From Candidatus Aminicenantales bacterium (GTDB lineage: Bacteria > Acidobacteriota > Aminicenantia > Aminicenantales > Saccharicenantaceae): DNA of 48,517 nt. Shown here piece by piece: positions 18,289-26,101 of the stretch. The stretch is from assembly GCA_049512315.1 (NCBI GenBank), contig JBEKXF010000023.1:1-48517 (forward strand), read 5' to 3'. The position numbers and the translations under genes were made by a program. How positions within the stretch are numbered: position 1 is the stretch's first letter; each line of letters opens with the position of its first letter. The notes under the pieces are model-generated. The model was not told where the DNA came from. It made no database searches and was given only the letters and a program-made list of their open reading frames with translations.

Positions 18289-21200
18289 TCAGTCCGCTTT
18301 GCGCCGGCAGACCATGAGGTAAAAGATCGTCGGCGTGGCGATGAGGGACAGAAGGACGGAGATGCAGAGGGCCCCGATGACCGCGACGGCCAGGGGCTTG
18401 AGCATGTCGGCGCCGGAGCCGATGCCGTAGGCCAGGGGTAGCATCCCCAGGGCCGCGGCCATCGACGTCATCAGGACGGGGCGGAGCCTCCGCCGCCCCG
18501 AACGCACCAGCGCTTCGGCCAGGTCCAGCCCCTGGGAGCGGAGCTCCCTGACGAAATCGAGCATCAGGATCCCGTTCTTGGCGACGATGCCGACCCCGAT
18601 GATGGCCCCCAGGAGCGAGACGACGTTGAGGGAAGTCCCCGTGACCCACAGGGCGAGGACCGTCCCGAATATGGCCAGCACCGCGCCGAAGACGATGGCC
18701 AGGGGCTCGTAGAACGAGCCGAACTCGAGGAGAAGGACGGTGAACACGAGGAAAATGGCCATCAGCAGGACGAACATCAGGTTGCGGAAGGATTCCCGCT
18801 GCTGCTGGTAGATGCCACCGTACTCGACCGATCCCGGGGGAAGGGTCTTGTCCTTGACGAGCGTTGTCCGAATCTCGGCCATGGCGCTCCCCAGGTCGCG
18901 TCCTTCGAGCCGGGCCGTGACGGCCACGTCCTGGCGGAAATCGTCCCGCCGGAGCTCGAGTTGTCCCGGTTCCTCGACGACGTCCACGACCTGTGACAGC
19001 TTGAACAGGGTCCCGTCCGCGGCCCGGAGGGGGAGACTCCGCAGTTTTTCCAGGCGGTTGATGCCCCCGGGCTCCGACTTCACCCGGATCGCGACCACCC
19101 GGTCACCTTCGAGAACAGTCGAGGCCGTCTCTCCCAGCATCGCCGTGTTCACTGTGCCCGCGATGTCTCCCGCGGTCAATCCGAACCGTTCCGCGTCAAC
19201 GTAGCGGACGCGAAAGCTGATGGTCGGCCCCGTGTAGATCAACCCGTTGAAGACGTCCACGACGCCCGGGACCTTGCCCAGACGCTCGGCGATCCGGGGC
19301 GCCTGCTCCTTCAGATAGGCCGTGTCGGTCGAGAAGAGCTTGACCTCGATCGGCTGGGGCGCGTACATCAGGTCGCCGATGAGGTCGCCCAGGATCCCGG
19401 GGAATTCCCAGATGACATCGGGCAGGGCCGCGTTGAGCCTGTGCCTCAGCTCGGAGAGGACCTCCTCGGTCGGCCGCTTCCGGTCGGACCGCAGCTTGAG
19501 CAGGAAATCCCCGTTGTTCGGCTCGGTGATGAACAGGCCCAGCTGGGCCCCGGTCCGCCGGGAATAGCTTTCGAGCTCCGGGACGGACCGGATGATGTCC
19601 TCTGCGTACCGGAGCTGGCGGTGGGTCTCGGCCAGGCTCGTCCCGGGAGGGGTGAGGTAATCGATGATGAACCCGCCCTCGTCCATCGGCGGCAGGAATT
19701 CGCTCTCGAGGCCCTTATAGAGCACGACCGCCAGAAAGAGGACGGTGGCGCAGACAGCGATGGTCAGCCAGGGGCGCTTGAGAGCGGCCCTCACCCCCTT
19801 CTCGTAAACCCCGATGATGCGCTGAAGGAGGGGACCGCCATGCTCCTCGTGGAGCCCTTCCGCCTCCTGCTTCCGGGAGCGGAGGAACCAGGCGGCGAGC
19901 GACGGCGTCAGGGTCACGGCCAGGACCAGCGACGTCAGCAGGGCGACGACCATGGTCAGGGCCAGGGCGCGGAAGAAAACGCCGGTGACCCCACCCAGAA
20001 ACGCGAGAGGAACGAAAACGACGACGGGAGTGAGGGTCGAGCCGACCAGCGGCCGAAAGATCTCGCTGATAGCCTCGCGGATGGCCGTCAGCCGGTCCCG
20101 CCCGGACTTGCGCTTGGTGTGGATCGCCTCGACAACGACGATCGCGTCGTCGATGACGAGGCCGATGGCGGCCGCGATCCCTCCGAGCGTCATCAGGTTG
20201 AACGATAGCCCGGCGGCCTTGATGGAGAGGAGCGTGACGAGGACCGTGACCGGGATGACCAGGGTCGCGACGAACGTGGTCCTCCAGCTCTTCAGGAAGA
20301 AGTAGAGGATGAGCACGGAGAGGATGAGGCCGAAGATGATGGCCTCCCAGACGCTCTGGACCGAGGCGCGCACGAGGAGGGACTGGTCGTAGAAGAAGGC
20401 CAGTTTCAAGTCGGCCGGCAGCTCACCTCTCAGGACCTTGAGATCTTCCCTCAGGCGCCTGGCGATGTCGAGCGTGCTCCCGTCCGGCTGGCTGTAGATA
20501 TTGATCAGCACGGCTTCCTGGCCGTCCGCGGTGACATAGTTGAAGACCGGCTCGGGACCCCTTTCGACCCTGGCGAAATCGCGGACGAGGACCGGGTGCT
20601 TGCCGGCGACCGTCACCGGGAAATTTTCGATGTCCTTGATGGAGTGAACGCGGCCGTCGACCACGGCCAGGTACAGCAGCCGGTTTTCCTCGTGGAGGCC
20701 CGTCGACGTTACGAGGTTGTTCTTGTTCAGGGCTTCCGTGACCTGGGTCAGGGTCAGGCCGGCCGCCTGGAGGCGGAGAGGGTCGACGATGATGTGGAAC
20801 TCGGGCGTGCGTCCGCCGACCAGGTCCACCCGGGCGATGCCCGGGATCTGGAGAAAGCGCGGCTTGAGCTCGTAGCGGGCGATCTCCCAGAGTTTGGTCA
20901 GTTCGCGCCGGGGGCTGGTCAGGCTGACGCCGATGATCGGGAAATTCGAGAAAGTCACCCGGTAGACCTTCGTCTCGGCGGTCGACGGCAGCGAGGCCCG
21001 GATCTGGGACAGGCGGCCGAGGGCGTAGAGCTCGGACTGGGTCATGTCGACTTTCCAGTTGAAGAAGACATTGACTTCCGCAGAGCCGCGCCCCGTCGCC
21101 GACCGGATTGTCGTGACACCGGGGATGTCTTTCATGCCCTCTTCGATGGGCCGGGTGATGGTCGCCATCATCTCGTCGGCCGGCATGACGCCGTTGTCCA

Positions 21201-21357
21201 CGAGGATGACGACGCGCGGGAAATTCGTTTGCGGGAAGACGGACGACGGCAGGGTCAGGGCCGCGTACACTCCGGCCAGGCACAGGGCGATGCTGATGAA
21301 AACGATCGGGAGGGCATGGCGCGTGGCAAACCGGCCGAGGGCTGAATCTTTGCTCAT
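18289..21357 (-). CDS. RND efflux transporter permease (AcrB/CusA superfamily)
   Basis: TM4 GLVIDDAIVVVE, TM10 GIVAKNGIL, RRRLRPVLMTS; 1022 aa. Confidence 0.95.
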   Translation of the reverse strand: MSKDSALGRFATRHALPIVFISIALCLAGVYAALTLPSSVFPQTNFPRVVILVDNGVMPADEMMATITRPIEEGMKDIPGVTTIRSATGRGSAEVNVFFNWKVDMTQSELYALGRLSQIRASLPSTAETKVYRVTFSNFPIIGVSLTSPRRELTKLWEIARYELKPRFLQIPGIARVDLVGGRTPEFHIIVDPLRLQAAGLTLTQVTEALNKNNLVTSTGLHEENRLLYLAVVDGRVHSIKDIENFPVTVAGKHPVLVRDFARVERGPEPVFNYVTADGQEAVLINIYSQPDGSTLDIARRLREDLKVLRGELPADLKLAFFYDQSLLVRASVQSVWEAIIFGLILSVLILYFFLKSWRTTFVATLVIPVTVLVTLLSIKAAGLSFNLMTLGGIAAAIGLVIDDAIVVVEAIHTKRKSGRDRLTAIREAISEIFRPLVGSTLTPVVVFVPLAFLGGVTGVFFRALALTMVVALLTSLVLAVTLTPSLAAWFLRSRKQEAEGLHEEHGGPLLQRIIGVYEKGVRAALKRPWLTIAVCATVLFLAVVLYKGLESEFLPPMDEGGFIIDYLTPPGTSLAETHRQLRYAEDIIRSVPELESYSRRTGAQLGLFITEPNNGDFLLKLRSDRKRPTEEVLSELRHRLNAALPDVIWEFPGILGDLIGDLMYAPQPIEVKLFSTDTAYLKEQAPRIAERLGKVPGVVDVFNGLIYTGPTISFRVRYVDAERFGLTAGDIAGTVNTAMLGETASTVLEGDRVVAIRVKSEPGGINRLEKLRSLPLRAADGTLFKLSQVVDVVEEPGQLELRRDDFRQDVAVTARLEGRDLGSAMAEIRTTLVKDKTLPPGSVEYGGIYQQQRESFRNLMFVLLMAIFLVFTVLLLEFGSFYEPLAIVFGAVLAIFGTVLALWVTGTSLNVVSLLGAIIGVGIVAKNGILMLDFVRELRSQGLDLAEALVRSGRRRLRPVLMTSMAAALGMLPLAYGIGSGADMLKPLAVAVIGALCISVLLSLIATPTIFYLMVCRRKAD

Positions 21358-21362
21358 GTCGG

Positions 21363-22436
21363 CTATTTTTTCTCGATGACGTGGACCTTCGTTTCTCCCG
21401 TGATGTTGTAAGCGTCCGCCGTGACGATAACCAATCCTTCCTTTAAGCCTTCCCCTTCGACCTCGGCCAGGCCGCCGTCGCGAAGGCCCGCCTTGACGGC
21501 TTTCGGGATGGCCTTGTCGCCCTCGATGATCATCAGGACGGTGCCGCCGTCAGGGCCGGGGACGACGCTCTCCTCGGGGACAGCCAGGACGTCGCGCCGC
21601 TCTTCCGAGACGATTCTGATGGTCAAGAACTGGCCGGGCTGGAACCCCGCCCCCGTCGGGATGGACGCCCGGACCAGCACCGTATCCGTCTTGGGGTCGA
21701 TGTCCTTGCCGACAACGGTCAGCTTTCCGGCGGCCGCGCTCCCGGTGCCGAAATCGACCGCCTGGCCCGCCTTGAGCAGGCCGGCCTCGCGGCTGGGGAC
21801 CTGGGCGGTGACGACGAGACGCCCAAGGGCGATGACTTCGGCCAGGACCGCGTTCGTCTCGACCGACTGGCCGAGCCGGGCGTTGATCCTGACCACCGTC
21901 CCGGCCAGGGGGGCCTTGATCTCGAGGAGAGACAATTCCGTCTCGGCCGCGGCCAGCTCGCTGCGGGCGGTATTGAGTTGCAGTTCGGCCTCCTGGAAAG
22001 CTTTCTGGGACGTCCCGTCGGCGACAAGAAGCTTCTTCTGGCGTTCGTAAGTCCTGGCGGCGGACTCGAATTCCTTCCGGGCCTTGGAAACGGCGACCTC
22101 GGCCAGGCGCGTATCGAGCCGGAAGAGAATCGAACCTGCCTGGACCGGGCGGCCTTCCGTGCACCGGATCTCGGCCAGGATGCCGCCCACGGGGACCGAG
22201 ACGAAGGCCCCGCCCGCGGGCTTTCCGTCACCGGGCGGCTCCGGCTCCACGGTTCCGTAGGCCGTGACGTAGCGGTGGAGCGTCGCCCGGACGATCTTCC
22301 CGACGTGGACGGCGACGTCCGTGACGACGCCTTCTTCCTCGGCGGCTTTATGCCCGAGCCCTTTGATCAGGATGAGGGCGGCCGCTGCCGCGACTGCGAG
22401 AATGATCAACCCGGTTATGACCTGGCGTTTAGTCAT
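21363..22436 (-). CDS. RND periplasmic adaptor (membrane fusion protein)
   Basis: N-terminal TM, lipoyl-like halves flanking a coiled-coil hairpin, IKAPLAG, IDPKT.T. Confidence 0.92.
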   Translation of the reverse strand: MTKRQVITGLIILAVAAAAALILIKGLGHKAAEEEGVVTDVAVHVGKIVRATLHRYVTAYGTVEPEPPGDGKPAGGAFVSVPVGGILAEIRCTEGRPVQAGSILFRLDTRLAEVAVSKARKEFESAARTYERQKKLLVADGTSQKAFQEAELQLNTARSELAAAETELSLLEIKAPLAGTVVRINARLGQSVETNAVLAEVIALGRLVVTAQVPSREAGLLKAGQAVDFGTGSAAAGKLTVVGKDIDPKTDTVLVRASIPTGAGFQPGQFLTIRIVSEERRDVLAVPEESVVPGPDGGTVLMIIEGDKAIPKAVKAGLRDGGLAEVEGEGLKEGLVIVTADAYNITGETKVHVIEKK

Positions 22437-23859
22437 CCTTACGCTCCTTCACGGGCCCGGAATCCGCCTGGGGCTTCGTGGTGATCCAATCCTTGACGTC
22501 GAGCGGGCTCTGGGCCGCGTTCTCCAGCCGCCCGACAGCTTCCTGGGCCTGGACCAGGGCCTCCAGTCGGGCCTGCGCACCCGCGTTGAGCTCGAACTCA
22601 ATGCCCAGGAGCTCGAGCTTCGAAATCTCCCCGAGCTCGTGTCTGGCCCGGGCCACCCGTTCCTGTCCGGTCAGGTTGACCAGAAGATCGTCGGCCGCCT
22701 TGGATTTCAGGAGGGCCGAACGGCAATCCTCGACGGCGGCATCGAGCTCGCTGATGATCTGGGACTGGAGGGCCAGGAAGCGTGCGGCGCTCTCGGTGCG
22801 CCGCGCTTCGGCCTCGGCGAGCGGACCGCGGTTACGGCTGAGGATGGGGAGGTCGAGGGCCAGGCCGATCGTCCATTTGCTGTCGGTCTGATCGAGCTGG
22901 TAGTTGGGGCCGAGGCGGATATCGGGATACTGCTTGGCGATCTCGAGCCGGAGGGCCGACTGGCTGGCCGCATATTCGGAGAGAGAAGCCAGGATGTCCG
23001 AACGGTTAAGAACGGCATGGCGGCGGACCTCTCCCGCCGGGATGTCGGGCTCCGGGCGGCGGAAGCCATCAAAGGAGAGGTTGACGCCGTCGAGCGCCCG
23101 GCGCGGCAGGCCGAGGGCCGCGGCCAGCCGGGCCAAGGCGTCCTCTTTGACCCGGTCGGCCTCGATCGCGGCCAGCCGGCCGTTGTCGAGAGCCACGCGG
23201 GCCTGTGTGAGGTCGTACATCGAAACCTCGCCGGCTTCCTTTTGGGCTTCGATGATCCGGACGGTCTCCGACTGGAGCTTTTCCTGGTCGTGAAGGAGGG
23301 ATGCCTTTTCTCCGGTGGCGTAAACCTCGAGCAGGGCCCCCCGCAGGCGGCTGCGTACCTCCCAGGCCGCGGACAGGATATTCCAGCGGGCCGCCTCGGA
23401 AAGGTGCCGGGCCTCGGCGACCCGGAAACCCCGCTTGCCGGCGGTCTCGATCGGGATCTCCAGAGTGATCTCGGGGATCCAGGGCGTGACCTCGCTCCTC
23501 GGCGTCGTGGAGTTGTAGCCCATCAGCGGATTCAGGGTCGGATTGGGCCGCTCGCCGGCGGTGATCCGGCCGGCCCGGGCGACCCCCCACTCGGCGCGGG
23601 CGACGTCCATGTCGGGGTGATAGTAAAGCGCTGCTAGCGTCAGGGCTTTGAGGTCCCAGGCGGCCGGGGGCCAGTCCTTGATGTCCTGGTTCTGGAGAAG
23701 GAAATCCTTAAGCTCCGGGGTGTCGAGCTTTCTGGCTTCGAAGTCCTCCATGACCTTGGCAGGCTCGACCGGCTTGGGGTGGTAGCGGACGCACGCGGCC
23801 GCCATGGCCAGGCCCGCGGCCAGCCCGACAATTCTGACCAATGGATTTGTCTTCACCAA
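22429..23859 (-). CDS. TolC/CzcC-family outer membrane factor (lipoprotein)
   Basis: Lipobox AAAC; two OEP repeats (PNPTL, QYPDIRLG..Y, LPILSRNRG); heads the RND operon. Confidence 0.9.
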   Translation of the reverse strand: MVKTNPLVRIVGLAAGLAMAAACVRYHPKPVEPAKVMEDFEARKLDTPELKDFLLQNQDIKDWPPAAWDLKALTLAALYYHPDMDVARAEWGVARAGRITAGERPNPTLNPLMGYNSTTPRSEVTPWIPEITLEIPIETAGKRGFRVAEARHLSEAARWNILSAAWEVRSRLRGALLEVYATGEKASLLHDQEKLQSETVRIIEAQKEAGEVSMYDLTQARVALDNGRLAAIEADRVKEDALARLAAALGLPRRALDGVNLSFDGFRRPEPDIPAGEVRRHAVLNRSDILASLSEYAASQSALRLEIAKQYPDIRLGPNYQLDQTDSKWTIGLALDLPILSRNRGPLAEAEARRTESAARFLALQSQIISELDAAVEDCRSALLKSKAADDLLVNLTGQERVARARHELGEISKLELLGIEFELNAGAQARLEALVQAQEAVGRLENAAQSPLDVKDWITTKPQADSGPVKERKDD

Positions 23860-23867
23860 AACGAATT

Positions 23868-23911
23868 ATTATCTCAAAGGAGAGCATCTTTTCAACTGAA
23901 TAAATTTTCAG
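23868..23911 (-). promoter_or_regulatory. RND operon promoter with CTGAA-N6-TTCAG operator
   Basis: Minus strand: CTGAA-aattta-TTCAG (23911-23896) abutting TTGAAA-16-GATAAT, with TG upstream of the -10. Confidence 0.55.
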
Positions 23912-23940
23912 GCCGGCGTCAGCCGAAATCGAGAGCACAT

Positions 23941-24028
23941 AATTTGGTGACATATAGCTAATTACCAAAATAGGTTTTCTTACGATGGTCCCGAGCCAAT
24001 TCGGTATTTAGTTATGTGTCACCGAATT
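23941..24028. repeat. Inverted pair of 31-bp imperfect palindromes (REP/REPIN-like)
   Basis: 23941-23971 AATTTGGTGACATATAGCTAATTACCAAAAT matches the reverse complement of 23998-24028 at 25/31; 26-bp spacer. Confidence 0.7.
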
Positions 24029-24058
24029 GGAAATCGCCGGGATAGAAGAGTCGATGGC

Positions 24059-24202
24059 TCAGGCGGACGTCCGTCTATAAAAAATCCGTTTGGCAATTTC
24101 CGCGCCGGTCACGTAGAAGAAAACGATGGCTCCAATCTGGACCAGGGGAATGAGCTTCCGGCCGGCCACACGGGCCCCCTTTTCCTGAAAGGCGTGATTC
24201 AT
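24059..24202 (-). CDS. 47-aa small ORF with one hydrophobic helix; possibly a remnant of a P-type ATPase (MgtA-like) C-terminus
   Basis: MNHAFQEKGARVAGRKLIPLVQIGAIVFFYVTGAEIAKRIFYRRTSA; starts 13 bp after the upstream stop codon. Confidence 0.4.
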   Translation of the reverse strand: MNHAFQEKGARVAGRKLIPLVQIGAIVFFYVTGAEIAKRIFYRRTSA

Positions 24203-24215
24203 TGGGGCTTTCGGG

Positions 24216-24902
24216 TCAGGCGTTCTTTTCCGCTTCCAGCCGGAGGTTGGCTTCCAGCTCCTCCGGGTGGGCCCGGCAGTGGTATTCGATCCTGCTCGCG
24301 GAGCGGTGGGCCTTGAAATAAGGCCAGCCCAGGCTCATCAGGTGCCGTTCATGGAGCTCGTGGAGGAGGACGAACTTCCGTTCTCCGGGCCCGATATCGT
24401 CGTCGAGCCAGGCCTCGTTTCTCGGGACGAAATGATAGACCTTATCATGTCCGCCCTCGGTGAAGTCGATAAAATAGAGGCTCCGGACCAGTTCGCCCTT
24501 GACGAGCCAGACCTTGACCGTGCCGCTGTATTTCTTAAGCAGCCGCTTGTGGATATTTTCGACGATCTCTTTCTTCGGCAACTTGGAAATCTCCTGGATA
24601 AGCTCAGTTTTGCGGCGCTCCTTCCTCTCCACGGCGTCGGCCCTCTCCAGGGCCTTGTCATAGAGCATGCCGCCGGCCATCAACCTGTGCTCGACGAGCA
24701 GATGGTCAATGAAGAAATGCTCTTCGCCCAGGCCGTGCTCCCTGTCGATCCAGAATTCATGCACTGGGATGAACCGGAAGCGGTAGTGCTGGCCGAAGTT
24801 GGTGAACTCCTCGTCGATATTTTTCCGGACGTGTTGGCCGTCTACGATCCAGACCGTTAGGGGGCCGATCTCGTCAGCCTTCTTGATGTACGGTTTTTTC
24901 AT
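24216..24902 (-). CDS. Hypothetical protein with an internally duplicated zincin-like domain
   Basis: Two ~80-aa repeats (VW.V.G..VR...FT..G....F.P..E.W.D); the second has HELHE...AH. Promoter TTGACT-17-TATATA and SD GGGAG. Confidence 0.75.
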   Translation of the reverse strand: MKKPYIKKADEIGPLTVWIVDGQHVRKNIDEEFTNFGQHYRFRFIPVHEFWIDREHGLGEEHFFIDHLLVEHRLMAGGMLYDKALERADAVERKERRKTELIQEISKLPKKEIVENIHKRLLKKYSGTVKVWLVKGELVRSLYFIDFTEGGHDKVYHFVPRNEAWLDDDIGPGERKFVLLHELHERHLMSLGWPYFKAHRSASRIEYHCRAHPEELEANLRLEAEKNA

Positions 24903-25227
24903 GATTCGCTTCTCCCGCGCGCATTGTCCTTCTTCTCTTTTATATAGTGAGAGCGACGGGAAAAGTCAAACCTCGGGCCCGCCGCCTCGCAGTCGACATC
25001 CTTCTCGGGCCGGCGCTATATTTCAGGCACCGTGACGCGGCAATTTCCACAGCTTCTGTGCATATCCTTGTTGAAAAGTCGCCCTTCCACGGCGTTAATT
25101 CGCTGATTCAATTGCGCTCCTGGCGGATTGCCCAAGACTTGGGCGTTATTGGGGAGAGAAATCCTCATCCCGACGCGGCCCGGCCAGCGCCTGATCTTGT
25201 CTTTGCGGCGAGGCGGACCGGGACCGA

Positions 25228-26032
25228 TTAAAGGCTGAGCTTGAGGCCGATCATGGCCGTCAGGCCCGAGAGATTGAGGTCGGCCTTCCGGGCGCCGGAT
25301 ACGCCTTCGCCCGCCGGCCTGCTGGAGTCGAAGAAGCCGATCCGGTTATAGACGCTGCCCGCCGTGTCATTGTAATACCACAGGTAATAGGAGCTGCTGC
25401 TGCTCGTGACCGTGCCCGAGGACGAGGTGCTGTTCAGGAACCAGTTCCCCGTGATGTTCGAGACTTTCGAGGACCGGAAAAAGCCGTCCGCGACGAGGGC
25501 GATCCCCCGGATGATCCGGAAGCTGAGGCTCAGGCCGCCCTGGAGGCCGAGGGTCGTGCCGCTGGCGTTGAACGTTTCGAGCTCCGATAGCGAGTTCAAA
25601 GAGGACGTGGCCTCTCTCCGGAAGCCGAACTGGACGAGCTGGAAGACGGGCCCGGCGAAAAGATCGAGTCCGAGCCGCGACGCCAGCCTCACCTTATAGT
25701 GGAGGTTGATGAAAAACGGGATGACCGAAACCTTGGGGGCGTATGTAGGGCTGAACTGATATGTGGGATCGGGGACGGAGGCCGCGCCCGTCACACCGCT
25801 CGTGTTGGTTACGCGGTAAAAACCGCCGCCGATGCCGATCCCGATGTGGGATCCCCAATAGTTAACGATCACGGCCTGGAAGGCCCCGGCGATGCCCCTG
25901 TTGTAGTCATCGCCCTGGACCCCGGCCAGGCCCGCCCAGGAGCTTGAACGAGACCTGTTCCTGGGAAAGCAGGGAGGCGGCCGCGGCGAAGAGCAGGGCG
26001 GAGGCCAAGGCGATCAATACGGCTTTCTTCAT
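25228..26032 (-). pseudogene. Frameshifted outer-membrane beta-barrel protein
   Basis: Signal peptide MKKAVLIALASALLFAAAASLLSQEQVSFKLLGG from ATG 26032 shifts frame near 25930. The barrel strands continue in ORF 25228-25872. Confidence 0.7.
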
Positions 26033-26101
26033 GGTGGTCCTCACTCGCAACACCCCATTCTCATGGGTCCGGGATGCAACGTCAAGGACGGGGCGGCGGC
26101 G

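Noticed and set aside
23941..24028. dif/Xer site or CRISPR mini-array
   Set aside because: It lacks the XerD arm TTATGTTAAAT. There are only two units, in inverted rather than direct orientation, and no cas genes.
25043..25077. Three degenerate DnaA-box-like 9-mers (ATTTCCACA, TGTGCATAT, TGTTGAAAA)
   Set aside because: Each has about 2 mismatches to TTATCCACA, and there is no dnaA/dnaN context or unwinding element, so this is insufficient for an origin call.
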